From the NCBI GenBank assembly GCA_965223295.1, contig CBDCWC010000003.1:1376001-1440000 (forward strand): 64,000 nt of DNA, in the 5' to 3' direction. The notes below the pieces were generated by a model. It searched no databases, was not told where the DNA came from, and saw only the letters and a list, made by a program, of their open reading frames with translations. Source of the DNA: Nitrospirales bacterium. GTDB lineage: Bacteria > Nitrospirota > Nitrospiria > Nitrospirales > UBA8639. Position numbers and translations under genes: made by a program. How positions within the stretch are numbered: the first letter of the stretch is position 1; each line of letters begins with the position of its first letter. This document shows positions 29,212 through 39,036 of the stretch, one piece after another.

Positions 29212-31119
29212 TCAGAAATATCCGTGGAAGACCCCTAGCACTTCGTTGTCCTGATCATGATGTGTCAATGTCGTGCGAAAGGCAAAATTTTTGGCAAAGG
29301 TCCACCGTTGTCCAACCTCAAAACTGATATCATCTGACTGATCTCCCAAGAGATAGCCTAAATATCCGGCAGATATTCGCCATTTCCAACGATCAGTTAT
29401 TGTGGCGAGGATTCCAGCCGAAACTCCTCCTCCGACGCGGTGGTTTTCCTCATAGGCTCTGCTGACATTAGCATCGAATTCCCCGAAAAGAAACAAGACT
29501 TCGCGTTGAAAGACATGCGTTTTGAGTGCTCCCCCTGCCCCGATATTGAAATGCCCATTGGTGCAGAGATCGCATGTCTGTGTTTTAACCGTATTCATCT
29601 CCATTTTTACTTTCCAGGATGGTGATCGAAACCATGAGTCGATGGGAGCGAGCGAAAGAACATTGGCTAACGTGAATTGTTCGATACGGAAATGATTGCG
29701 TTGATGATAATGCCGGAATGATAAGTTCCCCAGTGCAATTTGAGAGTCCAGAGGATAGCCGGGGTCCGGGTCTAGTAGGTCATGATAGACCGCTCGAAGG
29801 CCAACGTGTTCAAAGAGCTCATTGTTTCTCCACCCAAAGCCGATACCCATACGGGTGGTGGCATGTCCATTTTCGGGGGAGAGCGTAAAAGGTTTGATAG
29901 GAAAGGGAGCAGAAGGTACGGTTATTTTGCTTCGATTAACGAGGGTGGCTTGGTTCAGGCTTTTGTATTTGGCCTCATTATTCCGCTCCGTTCGGCTTTT
30001 GTATCGAAGAAAATCTGATGCTAGATCGAGCAAGAATATTTGTCGGGTCTGCGGGAGTTTGCGAAAGTGGTCGCTTGAAGCCGAAGATGGGTCTTCTATT
30101 AACTGATGTAGCCAAGGCATTTCTGAGTGTTGTACGGCCGCTCGTTTGCGTTTGAGGTGGGTGCTCCCGGCCGGGCGATAACTGATGTCGCGGATAAAGC
30201 CCTCCCGTTGGAAAAGTAAACGGATGGTATCTGCAGGAATCGTCCAAAAATGAAATTGGTCCGTCAAATGAAATTGCGGATCCGCGACTTCTAAGAGGGA
30301 AAGGATGTGGTAGGCACAATTTTCTTTGAAGAAGAAATAATCCAGATACGCATTGCCCATTTCCCACGTATGCATGAGCATTCGGTGCATTTGTTCTGGG
30401 GAAAAGTTTAATCGGTACTCCCAGATGTCTCGATTTTCGATATCTCGATATTCTTGGACTTTAATGTAATAGGGGATGGTGGAAAAGTACCCTTGGTAGC
30501 CGCCGAATATGCCTAACAAAGCAAATTCAAGACCGGCATCGGGAGGGACTTCAGCGGCATAGTTAATGGTATAGCCTAAAATTTTGGTCTGGTCGGTTTG
30601 TCCTTTTTGATCAATACGGAGAAAGGTATGACCAAACATAGAAGCAGGATTGTCCATAAACGCAGAGGGAAAGATTAAAGTAATGGATGCCGGGTTCAGT
30701 TCCTTTAGCCAATGTTCAAATCGTTCACATTTTTGAAATGGCATCCGGGTTTCATCAAAATGTAGATGATGTTGAAGCCATTGAAACCGTGCAATGAAGG
30801 CACATTGTGCAACTTGCTTTGATCGCCCTACTAGTTTGGTAGAAAAGAAATGAGTAAGCGTGGCATGAAGTTCAGCCTCAGGGTGTGTTTTCCCTTTTTT
30901 CGATAAGAAAAATCCTGGGGCATCGATTTCGCTGGTCCATCCGCCAAAGAGGTTTTGCCGATAATGAAGGAGGAGTTTCCAGTAGCGTTGTTGATGGAGC
31001 TTTTTTGTCGTGGCTTGCTGAATTAGTTCTCGAAGATATTCAGAAGTGATGGTTTCGGCTTTAGCCATGACAGGGGCAAAGAAGAGCCCCAGGCATAGCA
31101 AAATAATTTGTGTGATCAC
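29212..31119 (-). CDS. DUF4105 (Lnb N-terminal-like) protein with C-terminal beta-barrel
   Basis: WKLLLHY, ASMFGHTFLRID, YRDIENRDIWEY, YFFFKENCAY, terminal aromatic GYF; start uncertain. Confidence 0.75.
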   Translation of the reverse strand: MITQIILLCLGLFFAPVMAKAETITSEYLRELIQQATTKKLHQQRYWKLLLHYRQNLFGGWTSEIDAPGFFLSKKGKTHPEAELHATLTHFFSTKLVGRSKQVAQCAFIARFQWLQHHLHFDETRMPFQKCERFEHWLKELNPASITLIFPSAFMDNPASMFGHTFLRIDQKGQTDQTKILGYTINYAAEVPPDAGLEFALLGIFGGYQGYFSTIPYYIKVQEYRDIENRDIWEYRLNFSPEQMHRMLMHTWEMGNAYLDYFFFKENCAYHILSLLEVADPQFHLTDQFHFWTIPADTIRLLFQREGFIRDISYRPAGSTHLKRKRAAVQHSEMPWLHQLIEDPSSASSDHFRKLPQTRQIFLLDLASDFLRYKSRTERNNEAKYKSLNQATLVNRSKITVPSAPFPIKPFTLSPENGHATTRMGIGFGWRNNELFEHVGLRAVYHDLLDPDPGYPLDSQIALGNLSFRHYHQRNHFRIEQFTLANVLSLAPIDSWFRSPSWKVKMEMNTVKTQTCDLCTNGHFNIGAGGALKTHVFQREVLFLFGEFDANVSRAYEENHRVGGGVSAGILATITDRWKWRISAGYLGYLLGDQSDDISFEVGQRWTFAKNFAFRTTLTHHDQDNEVLGVFHGYF

Positions 31120-31183
31120 ATGTTGAACAGGGAAAAAAAAGGAAAGATAGGCTCCGGCGACCAGCCGGAGCCTAAAGAAAACC

Positions 31184-31699
31184 TTACTTTGCGGTTGTCG
31201 TTTGTGCCAAAACGGGATGGTTATCCATAGCGCTATAGATGGCTTTGACCACAGCTTTCGGTGAGGTCTCACCAGCTTGGATCAAGGTTGTATATTTTTC
31301 TTGCGCCAGGGCAAAAAAGATTTCATGTTGTTCGGTAGGAATTTCCATTAAGGTGGCGAGTGAAGCTAAACTTTCACCTTGGCCTTGGGCCATTTCCTGG
31401 GAGATGTTCTCAAAATTTACCGACGCAAACACATTGACTTTCTCAGAGGCAAAAATAGTTCCATCATTGGTACACCCTGACGTTCCAAAACTAATTCCGA
31501 ATGTTTGAGAGGGAATAACCCCGTTCGTCGTGGACTGTAAAACTTGGGCACCTATGGACTGTTGTCCCGGGTACGCACTCCAAGCCAATTTCCCCAATCC
31601 ACATCCGGGACCATTGTCAGGATGTGCGGCAATAGCGACCCCTGTTGTTCCAAAAAGAAAAAAGACAGTTGCCGATACGAGAAGCGTCTGTTTAACCAT
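31184..31699 (-). CDS. DUF3015 family exported protein (copy A)
   Basis: GPGCGLG, TFGISFGTSGC, EMAQGQGESL; AAGGAGG RBS. Confidence 0.85.
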   Translation of the reverse strand: MVKQTLLVSATVFFLFGTTGVAIAAHPDNGPGCGLGKLAWSAYPGQQSIGAQVLQSTTNGVIPSQTFGISFGTSGCTNDGTIFASEKVNVFASVNFENISQEMAQGQGESLASLATLMEIPTEQHEIFFALAQEKYTTLIQAGETSPKAVVKAIYSAMDNHPVLAQTTTAK

Positions 31700-31802
31700 G
31701 CGGTTCCTCCTTAATGAATGGTGGTAAACAAGGGGGTGATTGACAATGTACGCCACTATAACAGGATTTCATCTAAGAAAAAGATAGATAATTGATGCCG
31801 CA

Positions 31803-32282
31803 CTAGATAGGGAGTTGATAAAGGGCTGTCACCAGAGCCTGTGCCGTATTATTCTCATCTTGAATAAGTGACGTATACGTTTCTTGAGCCAGGGCAAAAA
31901 AGATCCCATGTTGGTCCGCCGGAATTTCCATTAATGTCGCAAGAGATACTAAATGTTCACCGTAACCTTGGGCTATTTCCTGAGAAATGTTGTGAAAGTT
32001 AACGGCGACATACACATTCAACTCTTGATGAGCAAGCATTGTTCCATCATTGGTGCACCCTGAAGTGCCAAAGCTGATGCCAAAGGTCTGTGACGCAAAT
32101 GTCAGATTGGTTGTGCTCATTAAGACCTGTGGAAGAATGTGCTGTTGATGAGGATAGTCTCCCCAGGCAAGTTTCCCTAACCCACATCCTGGACCAGTGT
32201 CAGGGTGTGCGCCAAGAGCTAGTCCGGTAGATCCGGAAAGGAAAAGTGCGGTAGCAATGGCATTATATATTTTCTGGTTCAT
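31803..32282 (-). CDS. DUF3015 family exported protein (copy B)
   Basis: GPGCGLG, TFGISFGTSGC, EIAQGYGEHL; tandem paralog of copy A. Confidence 0.8.
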   Translation of the reverse strand: MNQKIYNAIATALFLSGSTGLALGAHPDTGPGCGLGKLAWGDYPHQQHILPQVLMSTTNLTFASQTFGISFGTSGCTNDGTMLAHQELNVYVAVNFHNISQEIAQGYGEHLVSLATLMEIPADQHGIFFALAQETYTSLIQDENNTAQALVTALYQLPI

Positions 32283-32456
32283 AAGATTTGCCGTTGAGAA
32301 AAAATGACAAAAGAAGAGCGTCGTTCTTCGTACAAACGAATATAGCATATTTCGATGAATTAAAAAGTCATACCGTACAAAAAATGTCACGGCTATTGCG
32401 AGCCTTTTTGAACGGGCTACACAAAAGAAAACTGAGGAAGTCACTCGGTAGACTAA

Positions 32457-33518
32457 TTACGCCGAGGAAAAATTTGGAGTTTCGTGATTGCTCTTTTGTT
32501 CTTCTGCTTGATGAGGAATAGATAGGTTGGCTTTCTTACATGTGGCAAGTAATCGTTGCAGCGCCAACTGACCTTCTTGGTAATGTGGGTGAGCGGCGGT
32601 AAATTGTTGCATGGTAGAAAGGGCTTCCTGTACCTGCCCAGTTTCGAGTAAAAGTGCTGATAGTTTTAACCATCCGGCTAGATGCTCAGGGTTACGATGA
32701 ACCAGGGATTGTAATGTCTGTATTCCCTCTTGCAATTTGCCAAATTTGACGCAATTGTCTGCAAACGTTTCATAGAGCAGGATATCTAAAGGAGACGGCT
32801 GATTGGGTTGTTCTAGTTGTCTCCAGTGTACTGGTAACTTCTGCGTGATGGACTGAAATTTTTGTGCGAGGTGAAAGCGATGGTCGAAGGGTTGAACGTC
32901 ATGAGTTGGGGAATGTTCAAAGTCGGTATAGTCAAGAAAATCTAGGCCATTATTTTGGAGTCTGCTAATAATTTCCGGTCTGGAGTACGAGCGAATACCG
33001 ATTGTGTCCTCAAGTGACACATCACAAGATGGCCCAATTGGTACTTGTAAAGCCAAATACCCTTTTGATGTGAGGACCCGGTTAATCTCGCCTAGATAAT
33101 TTTCAAAAACAGGTTTGGGCATATGCTGAAATGCGACGTAAGAATACACAAGGTCAAAGGATTGATCACTGAATTCGCAAAGGTCTACTCCCGACGTTTC
33201 GTAGGTTGCAACATGAGGACATTCAGCGAGCCAGGCTTTACTTTGGGCAATCATGGTAGAGGAGACATCAATCCCTACGAGCGTATCAAAATACTTCGCC
33301 AATGGTTTGAGAACTCGTCCTATGCCGCAACCAATGTCCAAAACCTTCCAACTTGGCTGTTGTAACCCCCTTAACGCCTCTAAGAGTGACTCTGCTGTGG
33401 CATGTCCAGATTGAGCAAAGATTTCTTCTGTGTGGTAATGTTCCGTAGCAATCCAAAATCTGGAGTGATGCTGCGCCCGTTGCTCCCAATCGTGTTTCAT
33501 TTTTTCAGAAATGTTCAT
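32457..33518 (-). CDS. Class I SAM methyltransferase with C-terminal TPRs
   Basis: VLDIGCGIGR, FDLVYSYVAFQH; TPR-like helices at the C-terminus. Confidence 0.8.
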   Translation of the reverse strand: MNISEKMKHDWEQRAQHHSRFWIATEHYHTEEIFAQSGHATAESLLEALRGLQQPSWKVLDIGCGIGRVLKPLAKYFDTLVGIDVSSTMIAQSKAWLAECPHVATYETSGVDLCEFSDQSFDLVYSYVAFQHMPKPVFENYLGEINRVLTSKGYLALQVPIGPSCDVSLEDTIGIRSYSRPEIISRLQNNGLDFLDYTDFEHSPTHDVQPFDHRFHLAQKFQSITQKLPVHWRQLEQPNQPSPLDILLYETFADNCVKFGKLQEGIQTLQSLVHRNPEHLAGWLKLSALLLETGQVQEALSTMQQFTAAHPHYQEGQLALQRLLATCKKANLSIPHQAEEQKSNHETPNFSSA

Positions 33519-33619
33519 GCAGTATCCCTGCTTTCCTGAAGATAATGTGAGTCAAAAAGAGAATTTTTTGATTGTAACTTTCAAATATGGATAGGTTCTC
33601 GTGCGCGCAGAATATTTTT

Positions 33620-33635
33620 AGCAAATCTGTTGCCA
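33620..33635 (-). promoter_or_regulatory. Candidate sigma54 -24/-12 promoter
   Basis: TGGCAA-CAGAT-TTGCT on the minus strand, about 100 bp upstream of the methyltransferase-TPR gene. Confidence 0.55.
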
Positions 33636-33843
33636 GCTTTTTCTGCAGGCGAACATGACTTAGGGGTGTTCAGTTCCTCTGATTTCTTCGAGCCATAAGA
33701 ATTAGTGGAGAGGTAGATCGAGGGTGCTACCTATACGCTGGGTGGGCAAATCATGGAAGTGGCAGAAAAGTCTGCCTATTGATCAGCACGAAAAATTAAA
33801 AGTCTAGCTCCAAGGTTAGCTGTAGTGGGAAGGAGTAAGAAGG

Positions 33844-34344
33844 CTAGACGAAAAGATCAATACGTGGAAAGGATGGAACTGCAGTTTTCTGATTTTCGCC
33901 AGCAGGCGTATCCTCTTTCTGCTGAAGTTCACGTCGGGCTTTGGCTTCTAAGGTACTGGCCGAGGCAGCAACTGCCCGGTCTTGAGCTGACGGATCGGCT
34001 GGTGCCAGGGCGGCAGCGCGAATTTGTTTGGCTTTCCGTATGGTCGCTTCAGGGTTTCCTGACACAGGAGATGTATCAATGTTGACTTCTCCTCCCACAG
34101 CATATTGTTTTCCATCCGGACCCCGTTGAAAAGAAAATGTTGCGCCGCCTTTCGCAAGGCCGCCGGAAGCTGCGATATGAGCTTGTTCATGTGCTCGCAC
34201 TTCTCGATCCCGTTCCCGTAATTTCGCTATTTCAGCTTGGTCGTGTGTTGTGGGTTCTTGCGATATCTGTGTTTGTCCTTGAAGCCCGGTAACGCTCGGG
34301 CGTGTTAAGAAAATAGAATGTGAATGAAAAGATCTAATTTCCAT
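33844..34344 (-). CDS. SprA-related (CJM1_0395-like) putative metalloprotease
   Basis: RDREVRAHEQAH, GPDGKQYAVGGEV.ID, AALAPADPSAQD. Confidence 0.85.
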   Translation of the reverse strand: MEIRSFHSHSIFLTRPSVTGLQGQTQISQEPTTHDQAEIAKLRERDREVRAHEQAHIAASGGLAKGGATFSFQRGPDGKQYAVGGEVNIDTSPVSGNPEATIRKAKQIRAAALAPADPSAQDRAVAASASTLEAKARRELQQKEDTPAGENQKTAVPSFPRIDLFV

Positions 34345-34462
34345 ACTATCATCCTCTTCCAGAGGTATTTCGGTTGTTTTGCCGCAAGAGTTGACTTGAG
34401 AAGAGAGGGTTCATGGTCCCAGTGTAAAAGGATACGAAGGAACGCGATGCTCTTTGCACAAT

Positions 34463-34653
34463 GGGCGTGTTGAATAATGAAGATATCAAGGGCCATATTT
34501 CGCCAGGAAGTCCTTGGCGATCAACAGCGTCGGGTCTGTTCAAAAAAGTCCGTCCAGCAAGGCCACAGCCATTTTTGCGCGCGGAGCGTGCTGGTCCTCC
34601 GTGAGCACGGAACAATGGCGAGAACGCCGCTGGCGGCTTTTTTCAACGGACCC
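34463..34653 (+). mobile_element. Composite MITE, copy 2 (191 bp)
   Basis: Ends GGGCGTGTTGAA...TTCAACGGACCC, flanked by direct repeat ACAAT on both sides. Confidence 0.9.
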
Positions 34654-34787
34654 ACAATTTATGTGTAGGTTCTAGGACTATCTTATTAGTTAGGCGAGGA
34701 TAGAGGGCCTTTCTGCTGATGAGGAAGGAAAGGTGCAACGTTCTTGTCGCAGTTAACGCTTTCTTGATGGCTAAATCCGAACACTCC

Positions 34788-35048
34788 TTATTTGCAATGG
34801 CGACGTAGTTTTTTAATTACGGTCTTTGTTTCCAGAATAGGTTTTGTGGGCCATAGGGTTAATGCTCCCATAAAAATACTTAATATGACTAGGAGCAAGA
34901 GAGTTGTTGTTGTATCTGGCCTATTGATTTGTCCGACTTGAAAATTTTGAGCATTGGCAAGAATTTGGTCAGCTGCGGAAGCCCCACCTAGTAACATCAT
35001 CGTCATCATGGACCCTATAATCATTCCTCCAAATATTTTTAACATCAT
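34788..35048 (-). CDS. Small membrane protein, hypothetical
   Basis: AAGGAG RBS, two hydrophobic segments. Confidence 0.55.
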   Translation of the reverse strand: MMLKIFGGMIIGSMMTMMLLGGASAADQILANAQNFQVGQINRPDTTTTLLLLVILSIFMGALTLWPTKPILETKTVIKKLRRHCK

Positions 35049-35358
35049 GTTTCTCCTTGGTGAGTGGGTTGAAGTGCTGTCTATGAATCCGCTCTTCGAT
35101 TCGTCGAATTGCTGACTCCAATACCTTGATAGTCACTGTGTTCGTTCTAGGGGAAAGCATGTTTAGCCTTCCATCTCATGTTGTCTATAGAAATATCTGG
35201 AGAAGGGGGTATGAGTAAATAACGCGAACGAGCTAGCCTTTTTAGCTGTTATTGACAGTTTTCTGGCTAAAGGGCGTGTTTCTGTGGTAGGCCTAAAAAA
35301 TGATAAGAAAGTTTAAAGTATTATCGTTCAAGAAAAGAGAGGCGTGAACAGAATAGGG

Positions 35359-35727
35359 CTAATTTTGAAGGGCTAGATGAACCATGGAAACAAACTCGCT
35401 GAAATTACACGGTTTGTCCAATATCGCAAAGACTCCAGCCTGTTGTGCTCGTTGCTTATCCGCTTCCTTGAGGTGCCCACTTAAAAGGATGACCGGAGGT
35501 TCATTGGCTGGTTTCTGATGTTGTTGGATTTGCTCAATAAAATCTAAGCCAGTTAGAACGGGCATTTGGTTATCAGAAATGATCAGATCAGCCTGATGTG
35601 TGTCTAACCATTCTAAGGCTTCTAAGCCATTTTCTACTTCAACACATTGTAACTTTTGGGATTGCAAGACAAGGCTCAACGCTTCGCGAGCACTCTTATT
35701 ATCATCGACTAACAGTACTTTTTTCAT
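35359..35727 (-). CDS. Single-domain response regulator (CheY-like)
   Basis: LLVDD, IISDNQMP, LSG, DKP. Confidence 0.9.
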   Translation of the reverse strand: MKKVLLVDDNKSAREALSLVLQSQKLQCVEVENGLEALEWLDTHQADLIISDNQMPVLTGLDFIEQIQQHQKPANEPPVILLSGHLKEADKQRAQQAGVFAILDKPCNFSEFVSMVHLALQN

Positions 35728-35910
35728 CGTTTCAATCTTTTCATCTGGCTACAACCGGTGTCTTAATTTGGCAGTCATGATACTGTGACATTGGAAACCC
35801 AGTTCGTCCATCCCTCTCATGGGTTAACGATTTTTTGCAAACATGCGTTCTTAGTCGACTCTGGCGTTTTTGAACTTGTCTTTCAGTATACCTTACAACC
35901 AAATGTGTTC

Positions 35911-36150
35911 TCATTGTGAAGAAGTAGGAACGGCGGTATAGCCTTTCCTCTCCATACATGCTTCAATTGTGTAGGCGTGTTTTGAGAATCCTGTCGTTCC
36001 TGTTCCCAGCAGTGAATCCTCACATTCAGCCTTGTCCCTAGAAAACGTCGCTTGGCTGACGCCAGTCTTGTACCATTTTGTTGGCTGTGCACACCCTATA
36101 CAGATGCTCAGAGCCAATATAAAGCTGTACGCTAGCATTCTCATCATCAA
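35911..36150 (-). CDS. Small lipoprotein
   Basis: Lipobox CIGC; WYKTG...DKAEC...CMERKGY. Confidence 0.65.
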   Translation of the reverse strand: MMMRMLAYSFILALSICIGCAQPTKWYKTGVSQATFSRDKAECEDSLLGTGTTGFSKHAYTIEACMERKGYTAVPTSSQ

Positions 36151-36242
36151 GAGTAATTATTGAGAAAAATCAAAGGTTATTAATTGTAGTTATTTTTTTA
36201 TGCAAATATCAATCTTAGGAGAAAACTTGGGATCTATTCAGC

Positions 36243-37034
36243 TCAAGAGATTTCTTCACGAATTTGTTTGAGACTCCATGTTGCCCAAAAATGCACGTTT
36301 GGTGTCGGATCTGTTTCCTGGGCTTGGCGAAGTGCGGGAATATCGGTAGAACTTCCTAATTTTCCTAACCGAAAGGCCGCTTCCGATCGAACACTGACAT
36401 TGGCATCTTGAAGAAGATGTGTCCGTAAGACTAAAAGGCCTCGTGGATCTCCTAGTTCGCCCAAACCTGCGATAGCGCTTTGACGAATCAGAGGGTCGGA
36501 ACTTTTGAGTGCTTGAATGAAAACCGGATATGCGAATGGGAATTCAAATTGTGACAGGGTTTGAATAATCGCCAATTGGGTGGCAGGGTTGGCGATGGTA
36601 TACGCTTCGGCTAATACCTGGATGACCTTTTCAGAAATGGTTGTACGACTGAGGGCTAAAACAACAGTCTGCCGAACCGATTCAGATGGATCGGCCACAT
36701 GTTGTACGAGTGCAACCAGAGCGTCGTGTGTGAGCGAGTCTTCAAGACTCCCCAACGCCCACGCGCTCCATTGTCTGACTTCTGCATCTGAATCGGAAAG
36801 AGCTGATATCAGGGCCTCAATACTTTGAGGATGACTAATTTTCCCCAACGACATTGCCGCAGTTCGTCGTGTGTCAGGTTCGGAGTCAGCTAACAAAACG
36901 ATAAGTCGTTCTGTAATCTGTTCTGGTGGGTCAGGGGGTGTTTCGATGACGCAGCCTACAAGAGAAGAGCCAAAGAGGCACAGAAACCCATTGACCAAGA
37001 AGGAGGATGGTAAGAAGAAGGAGAAGTGTGACAA
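36243..37034 (-). CDS. HEAT-repeat lipoprotein
   Basis: Lipobox LVGC; repeated L.D.D..VR..AA.ALG. Confidence 0.85.
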   Translation of the reverse strand: MSHFSFFLPSSFLVNGFLCLFGSSLVGCVIETPPDPPEQITERLIVLLADSEPDTRRTAAMSLGKISHPQSIEALISALSDSDAEVRQWSAWALGSLEDSLTHDALVALVQHVADPSESVRQTVVLALSRTTISEKVIQVLAEAYTIANPATQLAIIQTLSQFEFPFAYPVFIQALKSSDPLIRQSAIAGLGELGDPRGLLVLRTHLLQDANVSVRSEAAFRLGKLGSSTDIPALRQAQETDPTPNVHFWATWSLKQIREEIS

Positions 37035-37041
37035 GAAATAG

Positions 37042-37845
37042 CTATACAGAGCCGGAAGGTTCTTTTGGGGCCAATGGTTCCTTGGCTATTTCAATAGACT
37101 CTTTCATTTCCTGTTCAGCTGATTCCAATTCAGCTTGAATTGTCCGCATTTGGGGGTCGATAGAGTTTTGAATGTCGGCGGCAGCGTCGCGGAAGGTTCG
37201 TACCGCACTTCCCAGGCCCTTACCCAATGATTCCATGTCTTGTGGCGCAGGTGCTGCTGTAGCTTGAGCTTTGAGGGCTGCCTGCTGAGCCTGGACCCTT
37301 GCAACCGCTTTTTTATTGACAATAGCAGAAGGACGTTTTGCTAAAGGTTTAGCCTGAGCGCTTGTAGGGAGAGGGGGGTATTGGCCTGAGGCGGTTGGTG
37401 CTGGTTGTGCCAGTCGGTCTTCCATGGACACTGGACCAGGGATAGTCATATGAGGTTGCTCTGGTGGCGTAGAGGAAATTTTTGCGGCTTGACCGGGTTG
37501 TTGGGCTGGTTTAGGCCCAGCACCTTGGTAGAGTAAGGCCGCAGTTGTCCCCGGAGTCTGCTCAGGTCCGGGTTGATAAGGTTGATTGGCTGTTTGAGTC
37601 GCTTCTTGAGGTGTACCTGAATTCGATGCCTGTGCTAAAGGGGTTGTGCCCTCTGGTTCTCCTGTAGGTGGATTCGCTGGATCATTAGGGTCCATCGCAG
37701 AAGGTAAGTCAGCCACTTCTTTCTTAAAGCCTTTCAGGGCTTTTCCTACGCCTTCACCAATTTGAGGGAGACGCCCAGCCCCGAAAATAATCAAGATGAT
37801 CACTAATATGATCATCAATTCTGAGAACCCCATGGTGCCGAACAT
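37042..37845 (-). CDS. tatA: TatA/E-family translocase subunit with long C-terminal extension
   Basis: GFSELMIILVIILIIFGAGRLPQIGEGVGKALKGFKK. Confidence 0.75.
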   Translation of the reverse strand: MFGTMGFSELMIILVIILIIFGAGRLPQIGEGVGKALKGFKKEVADLPSAMDPNDPANPPTGEPEGTTPLAQASNSGTPQEATQTANQPYQPGPEQTPGTTAALLYQGAGPKPAQQPGQAAKISSTPPEQPHMTIPGPVSMEDRLAQPAPTASGQYPPLPTSAQAKPLAKRPSAIVNKKAVARVQAQQAALKAQATAAPAPQDMESLGKGLGSAVRTFRDAAADIQNSIDPQMRTIQAELESAEQEMKESIEIAKEPLAPKEPSGSV

Positions 37846-38025
37846 GGTGTAACCCTTTCTTTATCAGTCAAATATCAGACTCTGCCCGCTAAATAGCTGA
37901 AAAGACTCTATCTTTCAAGATTGACGAGTGTCAACCCAAATGGGGTAGGCTTGGATTCACAGGGTAGAGTTAGAGTCTTCTCTTGCCTCCTGGCAATCTT
38001 CTTTGAGAAAGTGAATTTTGTTATA

Positions 38026-38490
38026 ATGACTCTTCTTTCGCCACCACAGATACCACTCTTTCGCATAACTCTTTTTTATGGGCCGGAAGAAGTTGCTGGC
38101 GCTTCCGACACAATGCACTGTGTCTTTAATGTCAAAAAACGATCTTGGAAAGGTGGCGTGCAAGTTGGAGTTAACTTAGCAAGAGATCAAATACGGCGAT
38201 TACAGGAATCCCTCGAATTTCAGCCGTGGTTACATGACCAAATTCGTGAGATTCCAAGCGATGAGCGAGACGACTTTCTCAAGAAAGGTGCCGACTTATT
38301 TATCCAATTAGTCTGTTTTCACAAGCTTGATATCTTTATTCAGAGGGGCATCCGCCAGGAGAATGGTCAAGTATCCAGTGAGTTGCTTATTTCTGAAACG
38401 GAAGATGTCGTCAAACGCGAAGGTGAGGACATAAAGCGACAGATTTTAATTGAGTTGGATGTTGAAGCATACAAAACGGGCCACTTTTAA
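38026..38490 (+). CDS. Hypothetical protein
   Basis: Globular-looking ORF (CVFNVKKRSWKGGVQV); start uncertain. Confidence 0.55.
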   Translation: MTLLSPPQIPLFRITLFYGPEEVAGASDTMHCVFNVKKRSWKGGVQVGVNLARDQIRRLQESLEFQPWLHDQIREIPSDERDDFLKKGADLFIQLVCFHKLDIFIQRGIRQENGQVSSELLISETEDVVKREGEDIKRQILIELDVEAYKTGHF

Positions 38491-38622
38491 TTCTAGGTAC
38501 AAACTTTGCTTTAGTATAATAAAGTGGTAGTTTGTTTCGAGTAAGACGAGTCATTCTCCGTCTAAGATGGGTTGAGAGACCCACAGTGTTAAGGACAATA
38601 AGAAAAAGGAGGGCCAAGAGTA

Positions 38623-39033
38623 ATGAAAGATACCCCAAATTTTTGGTCAAGTTCAGTACAACAAAGAATAGGCAGTCTTGTGTTGGCCGTGTTTGTACTT
38701 GTCGTTGGATTGGGAATCCCGTCCACCGGTTTGGCTGGTGAGGAAGACTCTAGCCCAAGTGGTGAGGCGGCCATCGGATTGGGGAGCGGACTTTTGACCA
38801 TGGTCTATTTGCCCGTGAAAGTTGTGTATGCCACGCTGGGTGGAATCGTAGGCGGGTTTACCTATGCCCTAACTGGTGGAGATGCAGAAACGGCTCAAAC
38901 CGTTTGGGAACCCAGTGTCTACGGTACCTATGTGATTACGCCGGACCATCTTAGGGGTAATGAGCCCGTTCGATTTTACGGTTCCTCTCCTTATGTAGAA
39001 GAAGAAGCCTATTTAACAGAACAAGTGGACTAG
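38623..39033 (+). CDS. Hypothetical exported/membrane protein
   Basis: GGAGG RBS, signal peptide, Gly-rich hydrophobic hairpin, YVITPDHLRG. Confidence 0.65.
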   Translation: MKDTPNFWSSSVQQRIGSLVLAVFVLVVGLGIPSTGLAGEEDSSPSGEAAIGLGSGLLTMVYLPVKVVYATLGGIVGGFTYALTGGDAETAQTVWEPSVYGTYVITPDHLRGNEPVRFYGSSPYVEEEAYLTEQVD

Positions 39034-39036
39034 TTT

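Noticed and set aside
32290-32420. Possible decayed fourth MITE core (ends ...CTTTTTGAACGGGC)
   Set aside because: Similarity is patchy, with no intact TIR pair or TSD; an alignment would be needed
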